From the NCBI RefSeq assembly GCF_018350175.1, contig NC_058368.1:163682001-163746000 (forward strand): a stretch of 64,000 nt of DNA, given 5' to 3'. Position 1 is the stretch's first letter. Each line of letters starts with the position of its first letter. The position numbers were made by a program, and so were the translations under genes. The DNA is from Felis catus. Lineage: Eukaryota. A model generated the notes under the pieces. It was given only the letters and a program-made list of their open reading frames with translations, was not told the origin of the DNA and did not search any database. Positions 50,601-62,958 of the stretch are shown here, piece by piece.

Positions 50601-52425
50601 TTTTTTTTTTTCAGTACCAATAAGTTTTTATTTATTCATTGTATTTCCCCAGGGTAAAGAGAGAAGAGAAAAGGGTCAGCATATGTGTTACAAAATGATA
50701 GCAAGTAGGAAAGGAAGTACCGGGCGCAGCATAATCAGCCATCAAATGGACACTCTCCAGAGATGGAGTCACTAAGGCCCAAAGGAGCTCAGTCTCCTGC
50801 AGTTCAGAAATGAGGGGAAGGGATCAGGGAAGGAACAGATAGGTACAAGCTTTCCTCGCCTCCCCCTCCCCATAAATTCAAGATTTCACACAAAGTTTTG
50901 GTTTTTAGCAGGAAACATGGAGTTACCTTTGCCTGTCTCCTATTAAATAATCTTGTGGCCACTTTGACATGTTTCTTGCACCTGCATAAAAGTTCCTGAG
51001 TGATTTGGGAATCTTCATCTTCCCTTTCCTAGTCTTCTAAGAAGACTTCCCCAGAAGACTTCATCTTCCTTTTCCTAGTCCCCTGACCCTACTTTCTATG
51101 TGGAAGGGCCCCCTCGTTGCTCTGCTTCTCCTTACCATAAGATTAAGGATTAAAGTAGGTTTGATCCATCCAAGTACAATGTATTAGTATGAATCACCTC
51201 AAGGAATGGTCTTGACACAGGAGATTGGGAACAAGAGAAGGAATGTTCTTAGCTTCTTAAGGATTTATTTATTTTTTATTTTTTAATATTATTTATTATC
51301 AGATTGGTTTCCATACAACACCCAGTGCTCCTCCCAACAGGTGCCCTCCTCAGTGCCCATCACCCACTTTCCCCTCTCCCCCACCCCCCATCAACCCTCA
51401 GTTTGTTCTCAGTATCCAAGAGTCTCTTATGGTTTGCCTCCTTCCCTCTCTTTTTTTCCCCTTCCCCTCCCCCATGGTCTTCTGTTAAGCTCCTCAAGAT
51501 CCACATATGAGTGAAAACATATGGTATTTGTCTTTCTCTGCCTGACTTATTTCACTTAGCATAATACCCTCCAGTTCCATTCACATTGCTGCAAAGAGCC
51601 AGATTTAATTCTTTCTCATTGCCAAGTAGTATTCCATTGTATATATAAACCACATCTTCTTTATCCATTCATCAGTAGATGGAATTTAGGCTCTTTCCAT
51701 AATTTGGCTATTGTTGAAAGTGCTGCTATAAACATTGGAGCCTGTGTGCCCCTATACATCAGTACTCCTGTATCCCTTGGGTAAATTCCTAGCGGTGCTA
51801 TTACCGGGTCATAGGGTAGTTCTATTTTTAATTTTTTGAGGAACCTCCACACTGTTTTCCAGAGCGGCTGCACCAGTTTGCATTCCCACCAACAGTGCAA
51901 GAGGGTTCCTCTTTCTCCACATCCTCTCCAGCATCTACAGTCTCAGCTTCTTCAGCATTTAAATGTGTATGTATGTGTGGGGGCTTTTTTGGGGAGGGAT
52001 GATAGAAGAAGGAATAGGGTAGGAGTCAAGTTTTTAAGACAGAAGATCTAGCCCAAAATAGGAAACATGGGAAGGAAAACACAAAACAAAGGATGGTTCA
52101 AGACCCTCACACTTCAAGAGGGGTCACTGTTCTATGTTCCAGATTCTTTTCCTGGTGCAGGACCTTTTGTCAAAGATGCTTTGGCTTTTTTTTTTTTTCA
52201 ATAGAAAAAGAAGCTTGTGAACAATAGCCCCCACATACAACATAGAGAAGACCAACACATTATACTTACACAAACCAAGCCACCTAGCAATCACCCAATC
52301 AGCTATGTGTGAAGTCCTACAAAGCCCAGACAGATATGATAACTAGAGGGGGACAGTGATTGGGGGAGACAAGAACCCAGGATCAGACACACATCACCCA
52401 GTGCCTTCTATTGTATTTGCCCCAT
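50601..52425 (-). pseudogene. 5'-truncated processed retrocopy, apparently 3'UTR only, of an unidentified mRNA
   Basis: Poly(T) 50599-50611; overlapping AATAAA signals (tttatt at 50627 and 50631) 15-20 nt from the tail; TSD gaagaaagtgaatctt 50585-50600 / gaggaaagtgaatctt 52426-52441; body not recognisable as a TE and has no long ORF. Confidence 0.85.
51267..51940 (-). mobile_element. 5'-truncated carnivore L1 nested inside the retrocopy
   Basis: ORF2 tail [34 protein letters not shown] tcttagcttcttaaggattt 51247-51266 / tctcagcttcttcagcattt 51941-51960. Confidence 0.95.
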
Positions 52426-52659
52426 GAGGAAAGTGAATCTTATGATCTCACTGGGATCCATACTGATATGATAAAGCTGAGAACCATTTGCTAGCTAAAA
52501 GTTCTGTTTGGTTGTTTCTCAAATCTGCTTTGTTAAAATTGTCTTCTGACATTCCTCAGACGTGAATATAAATTTGTATCACTTTATTTTTTAAGTTATT
52601 TCAGGTGATTACTCCTTTCTCTTCATGAAATTTCCCCTGATGTCATGAGACAAATGAAA

Positions 52660-53470
52660 TCTGGCATCCCACCTTCTCTTACCCCTTGTTCCTGAATCTA
52701 CCCTTGTAATAATCATTTCCATTCACTCACTGAAGACTCTGGGTCTCATGGTCTTTTGTTCCGTTTCTAGTTCTGACCTCATCTGGGCTGACTTCAAAAT
52801 CTTCTGAGAGTTTTTTACTTCTTCATGTTGAAAATAACTTTCTCAACCACTGTACTTCACAGCCTACTGCCATAGTCGTAATAAACTTCTCCATCCTGGA
52901 AATCATATACCTAGACATTCCTCTTTTTATAATTTCCTGTTTGGGTCACTCACTAAGTTGTTCCTAATGTATTAATTCTTTGACCTCACTGAGATTTCTA
53001 TTCTCCTTGTCATCTGCTTTTAGTGTTTCAAACATTTCCTCTATTTTTAATTCTCTCCTTCTCTCCTCATCCAGCTCATATATTATAATTAAAATCTTTA
53101 AGCGTTCTTGACTAATTCCCTAAGCTGATTAGCACATCTTCTTTCTTTTTTTTTTATGTTTATTTATTTTTGAGAGAGAGAGAGTGAGCGAGCATGTGAG
53201 AGCATGATGGGGGAGGGGCAGAGAAAGAGGGCGACACAGAACCCGAAGTAGGCTCCAGGCCCAGAGCTGTCAGTACAGAGCCTGATGTGGGTCTCACAAA
53301 CTGTGAGCTTATGACCTGAGCCAAAGTTGGATGCCTAACCGACTGAGCCATCCAGGTGCCCCACTGCATCCTCTTTCTATTCTTACTTGGTAAGACCCCA
53401 GTCCTGGATGAAACAAAATGTCCATTTTCTCTACCTGCATACTTGGGTTGATGAGTGTTCTTGAAGAAAT
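52660..53470 (+). mobile_element. Degraded L2 body (interrupted by a SINE)
   Basis: Pyrimidine-rich decayed sequence; 'ctgggctgacttcaa', 'aagaccccagtcctggatgaa'. Confidence 0.45.
53146..53362 (-). mobile_element. CAN-SINE
   Basis: TSD catcttctttct / catcctctttct. Confidence 0.95.
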
Positions 53471-53889
53471 ATCATGACTTCCACTTTGGTAATGATTGAC
53501 TAGATTACTAGGACAAATTTCTCCTGTTGAAAATGACTAAAAATGCCAGGTATAATATTAAAAACATCTCTTTCAAAACACTGCAGAATTTTAAAAGATA
53601 TTAAGCAATTACCAGACCAAAACTTAAGGAAAACTGGAAATTCAAAGAGGTAAGCTGAACACTGAAGTCTCTTGGCCCAGGAGGCATTGTAATGTTGGGA
53701 AAATAGCACTTTGTTTTTGGTGGCCTCATAACTAAGAGATTATTATTGAAGGCCCAAGGCCAATGCAAATGGGGAATCTAATAAGAGACTCTTCACATTA
53801 AGCCATAATCACAAAAGGCTAGAAAGGATGAATCAGAAAGAAACTGCAGGAAAGGTTGCCTTGAAACCACACATAGAAGAGAAAAAAGG

Positions 53890-54100
53890 AGGAGTGCTTG
53901 GGTGGCTCAGTCAGTTAAGTGTCCAACTTCAGCTCAGGTCATGATCTCATGGTTTGGGAGTTCCAGCCCCCCATCCAGCTCTTTACTGTCAGTGCAGAGC
54001 CCACTATGGGTCTGTCCCCGCCTCTCTTTGCCCCTCCCATGCTCATGCTCTCTCTCAAAAATAAATAAACACTAAAAAAAAACAATAAAACAATTAAAAA
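53890..54100 (+). mobile_element. CAN-SINE
   Basis: 'tgggtggctcagtcagttaagtgtcc' head to A tail. Confidence 0.94.
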
Positions 54101-54841
54101 AGGAAAGGAAAACAACTTTTGAAAAGTTATGGCCATAGACCACACTTTGTATAGATTTGCAGACTAACCACATATTCTGAGGGGTTTAGGGAAACCTCAA
54201 GACAAAATTTGTTTTAAGGTGGCTTTAGACTTGCAGTGTCCTTGGTTTCCAGGCAGAGGTAAATTCAGATCCTCTTTGGTGGTAGGTAGCTTGGTATTAA
54301 GCTTCAAGGAATCCCTGTAAATATTTTTCAAAGTGAAAAGCTTATAGTCATAAATAAAATCAAATATACAAGGCAACAGAATATTATGAGGAGGAAACAT
54401 TAGGAACAACAGAAGAAGAGTCTACAAAAACTCTACAAATTGGAATCAGTGGACACAAATCATAAATACTTATCCTTATTCTCTTTAACAAAATAATGGT
54501 AAACACAAGAAACTCTAAAACTTGATATAACAGAGTGAAAAAGAGTAAAACTTCTAGAAATGAAAAACAAAAGATAGCCTAAATTAAACTCAGCATCTGG
54601 ATTTAACAGCAAATTATTCACAGAATTAATGGGAAGATGAATGGAAATATATATGAGAAGAAAATATACAGAATAAATCATGAAGAGAAAAATATAGAAA
54701 GGAGATATTCAAGGTCACAGGGGAAGGTATAATGTACATTTGAGAGAGAAAATAAGGACAGAGGCAATTTAAAGAAATGATGACTGTGAATTTTACAGAA
54801 CTGATGAAATATACCAATCCAAAAATTCAAAAACCAATCAA

Positions 54842-55000
54842 GGGTGGTGGGCAAAATGCATGAGGGGGTTCAATTGTATGGTAATGGATGACAACTAGAC
54901 TTTTGGTGGTAGCATATGTTCAACAAATGTTGAATTATAATTTTGTGAACCTGAAACTTATGTTATTTACCACCTTTACCTGAATTTAAAAAAACAAAGG
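54842..55000 (+). mobile_element. Short L1 3'-end insertion inside the ancient L1
   Basis: 'tgtatggtaatggatgacaactagacttttggtggt...tgaacctgaaacttatgttat'; aatcaa on both flanks. Confidence 0.7.
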
Positions 55001-55739
55001 AAAATCAAATATTAAGTGGTATAAATATGAACTGCATGCTTAGATACTTTACATTAAAACTTCAGAACACCAGAGGACAAAAAAAATTTTTTTTCAAAGG
55101 AGATTTTTCAGAGATAAATGTCTGAATACTTTGAAAGGAGCAGCAGTTAGGCTGATTGCTGACTTCTCAGTACTATCTATGAAAGCCAAAAGTCAGTGGA
55201 ATGATATCTCCTAATTGCTGAAAGAAAATACCTGCCAAGTTAGAGTTATAAACCCTTAGAAAAACCTTTAAAAATATAAGTACAATAAGATCACATTTTC
55301 GGACAAGAAAAACAGGGAGTGTTTGTACCAGTGTACTATCACTGAAGGAAATTTTAAAGGAGGATGAGCTCGAATGAAAGGCCTAAAATGGAAGAAGGAA
55401 TGGAGAGTAAAGAAAGTGGTAAATACTTGGGTAAATATAAAAGAACACTTATTACATAAAATAACAATAATGTATTATGAAGTTAAAACACAGTGATGAA
55501 AATACATGTTAATAATGACATAAGCAGAATGAGTACATTCAGTGAAAGCATTCTATGGTCTTTTGCTATCTGGTAGGAGGGTAAAAGTATTGACCAACTT
55601 CAGAAATATTTATTTAACTATAAGTAAATATTTTTTATACTTTTCTGTATATATATTTTATTCCACAATAAAATGAAAAATTAATTTAGTGATTTGGTCT
55701 TCTTTTAGTTTATGGTTATCAACTTTAGTCAGCAGGATT

Positions 55740-56182
55740 TTCAGTTCTTCCTGGCAAACCTATCTGGTTTCCACAGTCACGTCCCTAGCATTCACCATAG
55801 GAATACTTTCAAATATTCTACAATGTCCTACTCTTCTGGCTCCCAAACCTTTTATTCCTCCTCAGCACATAACCTTACCTCCTAATTCATACAGCATACA
55901 ACAGCCATAAGATGAGCTCTTCCTCAAGTTACTGCCACAAACTCTAAAATTTTCTCAACATCAGAATCAATCCTTTCTTACTTTTCTCCTTTTAAAAGAA
56001 CTGAGCTGTCCCTTCTCCAAAGACTAATTCCTCTGTTTCTTCTAAGGGATTTTATTCTTTCTACCCCATCGCCCATCTATAAATCTCTCTCTTTAATGGA
56101 CCCTTAATCTTAGTATTTAGACATGCTCAAGTTTCAATCCCATTTATCTTAAACTATGCGTGCATGCATGAACATACACACA

Positions 56183-56227
<45 letters not shown>

Positions 56228-56355
56228 CTTTAGAGCCCAAATTTCCCTTCTAAATTAAATAACATACTATCTCTTTCTTTTTCATAGCCAAGCTTCCTGA
56301 AAGCATTGTTTTTACTCTCTGTCTCTGTTTCTTCACTTCCTACTCAGTCTGCTAG
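55740..56355 (+). mobile_element. Degraded L2 body with (CA)n at 56174-56225
   Basis: 'atttagacatgctcaagtt', 'ttcatagccaagcttcctgaaag..ttgtttttactctctgtctc..ttcttcacttcc'. Confidence 0.55.
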
Positions 56356-56377
56356 AATAGAAGATTTCAAACGTTTT

Positions 56378-56447
56378 GATCTCAGGACTTCTTTTAGACT
56401 CTTGAAAATTCACGAGGACCTCAAATAGCTCTTGTTTAGGTGGGTAG
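56378..56447. mobile_element. Charlie1-group hAT terminal fragment
   Basis: 'ttcaaacgttttgatctcaggacttcttttagactcttgaaaattcacgaggacctcaaatagctcttgttta'. Confidence 0.6.
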
Positions 56448-57352
56448 CCACAAGGTATTACCTATTCTGAGATGCTTAACTTCCCTTTCCAGATGGATAA
56501 ATACTCTGTCCTCTTTATTTTTACCTAGAGTGAACATAGAGTAGAATTTTGTGTTTTACTAATCTTGGAATCCCTGGTACCTGATTCAGAACTTGATACT
56601 TTTTGATTATTATTAACTCTATCTGCTTATTTTCCTGATCTCTCAAATTCTTTGTTAACAAATGTGAAAGAGTATTTTTGCTGAGTTTATTTTTAAGTTT
56701 CTTTCTTAGGTGTTTTGTGTAGATTTAAAACAAAATGAAAGAATAGTTTATGAAACAGGAGTGTAAAGCCAATTCATCCCACTCTTCAGAATACATGAAA
56801 AAGACCAAAAAAAAAAAAAATCCAAACAGATCCAATTTCACACTCCAGCTGAATTCTGTCCTATATCTGAGAAAATTGCCCCAGGTGTCCACAATGGAAC
56901 TTCTGCTTGAGATTCTAATATGCTAAAGATGATTTCTCAGGAGATGTTATTTTTCTGAAAAGTGACTGAGAAAAAGCTTTGTCAACAGCAAATTAAAATA
57001 AAGCTGAGATACAATATTATTCTGGCCACATGTAGTGGTTTTATTCCATCTCCAGGTAAAGAAAGAGATAAAAGGATCCCCAGGAATAAAGCAAGGTGGA
57101 TCAGGTAAGTACCCTAACTGAAAGTTAGTTTGTAATGGTTTTGCTGTAAGACAGGCTACCCCCTGCCTCCACAGAATGGAGGGTTTTTGTCTGTAACTTT
57201 AATATCTCAAAGTCCTTAAGAATAATATCTAAGAGAAAAATGACTTGCAGTAAATTCTATTATATATGTGAATAGTGCTGTAGCCAGATTCTGGCATCAA
57301 TTTACACATTACACTTGAGCTATAGCTGGGTAGGCTTTTGCTGGCCCTGAGG

Positions 57353-57355
<3 letters not shown>

Positions 57356-57392
<37 letters not shown>

Positions 57393-57401
57393 TGTGTGTG
57401 T
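57356..57401. repeat. (TG)n microsatellite
   Basis: Direct read. Confidence 0.97.
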
Positions 57402-59659
57402 GGTCTTTGACAGGGAAGATGGGTGAAAGGCAGTTGGGGGAGTATGGAGGGGGGAGCAGGTAGGGGCAAAGCTGGGAAGGATATCTGAATGGCCCTTGCA
57501 AATTTAGTATCCAGGGCATCCTGGGAGACAATTAACCACATTGTAGTTATATGGTATAAATGGGTTGGAATGTAGCTGGTGGTAGTGCCTTGGTAAATAA
57601 AAATTTGGTGCTGAATACTACCCAAGAGGTTGCCTACTTTCAATAATAAAATAAAATTTAAAGAATGATTTCATTCTTCGTAAGTACCCTTAGTACAAAA
57701 AAACAAAAAATAGAATTTGCTTCCAGAGTCCAGTGTTAAATCTGAAATATGGTCTGAGGCAAAGAGAACCAGATTCCCTGCAAAGCCTTAAGTGAGCCCT
57801 TTGTGCTTGCCAGCTTTCATTGAGTACACGGGTTGCCCTAGTGATGAATGTCCTGCTTTGTGTGGTCTCAGCATTTTTTCTGGAGAGGCTGTTTTAATGA
57901 GAAGGTGAATAGAGGGGGCTTCTTTTGAAACTAGGATAAGAGGAGAGCCACTTCTGAAAATGCAAGCATTATGGTGCCATTCCTTATCACAGAGATCTGA
58001 CAATCCCCGGAGACTGGCTGCCTCTCCGTGCCCCCCACCCCCCAACCGCCTTGTCTTCTCTTCTTTTGGCTAATTGCTGTTTTGGATTGGCCTATGGTCT
58101 CAATCCCTGGAATCTTCTTTTGGAAGTAAAGAGTAACCAACCAATCAGATCCCATTTTGTCCCTCTGGCCTCATCTTCTTTCCTCCAAAAGGGAATATAC
58201 TCATGGTGTTTCAGGGAAGGACACACCCATGCTCCTTTCTCTTACCTATTTTAAAATGCTGCACTCTTTCAGATTTACCCACGCACTAAGAATTATGCTT
58301 CAGCCTATTTGAACACCCTTTCTCCTTCAGGATCCATTATGCGGGGCAGGAGTGGGAGGAAACCATATAATTGCTATATTTTAGGACTCGCTTGGGGCTA
58401 GCTTTGATTGAACACACACAGTAAACTCTTGATTATCCATGCTAATGGAAGGAATAGTAATTCAGACCATACACAGTGTTTCTGACTTTGAAATGTGTTA
58501 TGTGTTTTTTTTTTTTCGTTTTTGAAAGCAGTAGCAGGTGGTTTACTTAGAATAATAGTTAAATTACTTTTGTGTTGCCAGTGTTTTTGGTAGGCAAAAT
58601 TGTGAGAGGCACCATTCTCCTCCTTCCTGCCCCCACGCCACAAACTCACCTGGCACAGACTCCCACTGCCTTCAAATTACATGGTCCTTTTTAGTTCCCC
58701 CTTCTCTTAACAAAATAAACTCTCAGGAAATTGGTGAATGGGGAAGGTTTACTTGACAGGTAACCAAATAAAGGTACACACTGTCAGATATTTGCATTTG
58801 AATAGGAGTTAACCTCAAAGTTAAGGAAATAAAAATTACTAGTATTTCCATAATATTTAACAATTATACAAATAAGGTAAGTTTTACTATGGTAGATATT
58901 AGTGGTTATTATTATTACTGTTTTGATGGTACGTATTTTTATTTGTTTTGTTTCCCAGTGTTTATAATAGTGCTGGGAATATGATAATGCACTTGTGGAT
59001 CAAATGAAAATCTTATAATTTTTAAAATATTTTTTCATATATCTTTCTTGGTGTTCCTACAACTCTCCTAGAATACCGATCCCATAGTTATTGTTATTAT
59101 TAAAATAACTAATTCTTAGTCTGTTTCCCCTTTTGTTTGTATGTAGCCAGCTGTCTAATTCATTGTAAATTCTCAATGGGATACAGAATGATGGAAGGAT
59201 ATTTTTTCATGGCTAGTCTCATCGAACTTTTGCTGCTTTGCACTTTGTTGGTTTGTCAGGCAAAGTTTTCATCATCCTTACAGAGACAGCTTTCTTTTGG
59301 AGGTAAGTGGTAAAGTAGTATGCTGCTCACAGGCTGTTTCTTCCACCGGACCCAATCTGTCACAGTGTGTTTGTGCGTGATAAACCACTCACTGTACAGA
59401 CTGACCTAGCCGTGCTCACTCCAGCCTCTTTTCTTAATAAATACCGTTAACCAAAAGATCGTTCAGTTTTGTGCCATGTTAGTTGAGAAGAAACCAGAAA
59501 GAAAAGGTCAGAATGGAATAGAACCCCTTTTCCTCTGGGATCCTCTCAAAAGAAGCCAAGATGACCATGGGATATTAAGGTGGATGGCCTCTAATTCCAC
59601 CTGGAGGAAGTAGGACATGGTTTGGGGTTAGAACTCTCTTCATGCCTACGCTGTGCTAG

Positions 59660-60090
59660 GGAAGTGAGTTAATTGTTGGTTCTGGAGCCAGACCAGGGGT
59701 GAGCACTGGCTCTGCCACTGACCAGCTTTACAAATAGAGCAATTTACTTAAGCCCTCTTGGCTTCTGTTTCCTCATCTTTAAAATGGTGATAACAATAAT
59801 ATCCGTTTTATTGTGAGAATACATTGTTTTAAGTTGACAAAGGGCTTAATTTGATACCTAATTATCATAATTAGATATGAAATTATCACCTCCAATGAAG
59901 ACTCCTTGAGCACCTACTGTGAGCCAGGAACTATGCCAGAAGTGTTTTGCCTGCTTTATAATTTAATTCCTCCCTTCGTCAACCCACTCTTCCCATGAGA
60001 AAACGGAGGCTCACAGAAGTTCAATAACATGCTTAGTGTTACACAGACATTGGGTGGTGGGAATTTGGACCTGCATCTGTCTCTCTGTAT
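59660..60090. mobile_element. Two MIRs in opposite orientation (~59660-59830 +, ~59900-60090 -)
   Basis: 'tctggagccagac..ctggctctgccact..ctgtttcctcatctttaaaatgg'; 'ttgagcacctactgtgagccagg..gaaaacggaggctcacagaagt'. Confidence 0.7.
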
Positions 60091-60429
60091 AAACTGTGGC
60101 CTCCCTGGGGTTTGAGTGGCTAAACAAGTTGAATCCAGTCCACAGCCATGGCCCCCACTAATAGATATCCCACCTTAGGTTATAAGGGAGAAAAAATGCA
60201 AGAGCATTTACCAAAGCAGAGATTATGTAATTCTGGTCCCTTTTCCTCCTCCGTGTTCTTTAGAGGGAGGGGCTGGGCAGGGCTCAGCTGAAATGACACT
60301 TCCTGAAAGAAGCTATCCCTTGCCACCCTTCCTGGGGTTGCTATTCATCCATGCCATAGCCGCCATGAAGGTATTAGCATGACCTGAGAGCGTGTGTGAA
60401 TTTCTTTGGGTCCTTGACAGTTACTCCCA

Positions 60430-60552
60430 CTGCACTGTGAGGTCTCTAAGGGAAGGGACTTTGCCTTGTTCACTGCTGTGTCTTCAGCACATGGCACAGT
60501 GCTCAGACATGGGAGGGGCGCAATGAATATCTGACCGATTTACGAATGAAGA
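60430..60552 (+). mobile_element. L2 3' end
   Basis: 'ctgtgaggtctct..agggactttgccttgttcactgctgtgtct..cacagtgc..caatgaatatctga..gaatgaa'. Confidence 0.75.
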
Positions 60553-61837
60553 AGTCCAACTTTTGTGGGAAGGTTGTAGTCCTGGGAGGCATGCATTGTG
60601 TGGGAGCCACCACACGGCCAGGCTTTCAATAATAGATAAAGAGAGGGTTTGGGGAGTAAAAGGTGCCTGAGTTCTCTGCCTGTGGGTCTGCTTCATGCCC
60701 TTTTGATGTCAGGAGGGAGCTGTCCTGATTCTTTCGCCAGGGAAGGAGGCCTTGAGGTACAGCCCGTGGCTAAATAGGTCCCAGCTCAGCTTCTGCTTCA
60801 TCCTCATTAACTCCACTCCATAGCTGGCCATAGGGAAAGATTAATTTAGTGACCAAGCTTCATAAATAGATGCTTCTGGTCTTACATTTCATGCACTGCT
60901 CTCAGAGGCTACGAGCTCACTGAAGTGCCAGTTTCAAGATGTCAAGGGCAAGCAGCTGGGCTTGGGGGAAGTGCAGAGATATTTCTGCTGAGCCTTTGTT
61001 CCCCAGCCCAAACTGCAATCACCAAAACTGCAGCGACGACAGGAAAAGCCTTCAATATCCATTTCCTGTGCAACCTAAAAACCACATTTCTGAATCGGAT
61101 TGCCTTTGTGAGGCATGACCACATATATGGTCTCCCAAGCACATCAAGCCACACTTGCCTAAGAGGGATTGTCAGAACATTTTGATTTTATCGCCATATA
61201 CACTTTTTTTTTTTTTGTCCCTGCATGGCATCTGACATAGAGATCTGTAATCCTTTCCCACTGGAAAGCATTGGCAGTTTCCATTTTGGAAGAAGAAGCT
61301 TGTTTCTGGGCAGGCAACTCCAGAGAAAACTGAGTGTGAGGTACTAGAAGGTAAACAACCTCGGATCCCACAGGGGCTGAGGTGACCTGAATAAGTTCCA
61401 GAGTGAGTCCACGATAGTGGCATAATCATTATGGAGTGTGTGCGTGCCCATGTCTATGTGTAATTGTAATGTATAATTAATACAGAGCTAAAATTAAACT
61501 CCTGGGTGAAACGACTGGCAAGGCCGAAGAGGCTGAGGAATATCGACCTCTGAGAGGCAGCGTGTTTACAGCAAACCTCGGCTGGCTGTGCCCTTCTTCA
61601 CAATGGATGTGTGCCATGTTTTGTTCCTTTTTGTTAGTATTTTAGGCTTGAGGAATGAGGATTTTGCAGTTTATGCACTCACTGTACCCACTGACCCCAG
61701 GAAGAAACCTTTGTTTCACTTAATCATGTCCTCAAACCACTTAATTAATTTCACTCAAGTGGGGAGACTCCCAAAGCATGCAGAAACAGGACAGAAACAT
61801 TCCTTTCTTGGTACCATTCCTTTGCCCTTAGTTGGCT

Positions 61838-62281
61838 CTGACTTTGCCACGAAGCCATGAAGGTATGTAGCCTGAGAAGACTTCTGACTCTTGCTCACAG
61901 CACCCATCACATTCCTTGTGACCTTCAAGAGAGGTGACCCCTGGCTGTGATTGTTGCCATTGATTGTTAATGAAAATTTGATTCTTTTTTTTTTAATGTT
62001 TTATTTTTGAGAGAGAGAGAAAGGGAGTGAGCGAGCAGCGGAGGAGCAGGGAGACAGGGAGACACAGAATCTGAAGCAGGCTCCAGGCTCTGGGCTGTCA
62101 GGGCAGAGCCCAACGTGGGGCACAAACCCATGAACTGTGAGATCATGACCTGAGCCAAAGTCGGATGCCCAACTGACTGAGCCACCCAGGTACCCTGAAA
62201 ATTTGATGCTTGGAGCAGCTGTGAGCAAGAGTCAGAAGTCTTCTCAGGCTACATACCTTCATGGCTTTGTGGCAAAGTCAG
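61838..62281. repeat. 64-bp inverted repeat (arms 61838-61901 and 62218-62281)
   Basis: Arms are reverse complements at 63 of 64 positions by manual alignment. Confidence 0.97.
61984..62195 (-). mobile_element. CAN-SINE in the spacer of the inverted repeat
   Basis: TSD tgaaaatttgat 61971-61982 / 62196-62207. Confidence 0.96.
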
Positions 62282-62772
62282 CTGGCAACCGTCAGGGTAA
62301 CTAAGCTTATTTTTATTTTTCAAACCCAGATTTCACTTTAGCCTCTGCATTATGATTTGTGCTAAGTGTTGATTACTGAAGAATTTAGAGAAAAGTTGTT
62401 TCACTTCTCTTCTTCCCTAATTGATTGTTTGAAACTCACTGACAGGCTTGAACTAAACAAGCATCTGGCAAGACGTGGCTTCTAACTCCCACTCCACTGT
62501 TGTCCACACACAGACCCTCTGTTCCTGTTCTTAGCTGAATGCTCATTTTCTGCCAAAGGTTATATAAATTCTTTGTGTCACTCCTAGATCTTGCTATTCC
62601 TCATTTGAGCAATGATCTTATTTCTTATTAGTTTGAATAACCTCTAGCTCCTGGTTTCCAGGAAGTTTTCTGGTAAACTCCCTGAGCATCTTCTGACAAG
62701 ATGTAGTACATACTAGTCACAGCATCCCAACATCCTCCTCCTAGAATTCCCAAGCGAGAAGGAGGTGTGGGA

Positions 62773-62776
<4 letters not shown>

Positions 62777-62816
<40 letters not shown>
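62777..62816. repeat. (GA)n microsatellite
   Basis: Direct read. Confidence 0.97.
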
Positions 62817-62819
<3 letters not shown>

Positions 62820-62864
62820 AATTAATTCTCTTCTGTATCAGCAGCAGCAAGTATTAGCAAGTGA

Positions 62865-62958
62865 TTTCCAACCTCTCTTGCCTTTGTCAATGTGATCTTG
62901 AGCAAGCTATGAAACAGCTCTGAACCCTGGGCTACTCATTTGTAAATGAGGGGACAGA
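62865..62958 (+). mobile_element. MIR fragment
   Basis: 'tgtgatcttgagcaagctat..ctctgaaccc..ctcatttgtaaatgagggg'. Confidence 0.6.

Larger units (their letters stand above)
53478..55680 (+). mobile_element. Ancient L1 (L1ME/HAL1-like) 5'UTR + ORF1 remnant ending in an L1-type 3' tail
   Basis: A-rich sense strand; ORF1 motifs 'gctgacttctcagt..atgaaagccaaaagtcagtggaatgatatct..tgctgaaagaaaata..tgccaa'; ends 'tatacttttctgtatatat..cacaataaaa'. Confidence 0.7.

Noticed and set aside
50601..52425. Naming the parent gene of the retrocopy
   Set aside because: No coding sequence is present and I cannot identify the UTR reliably without a search.
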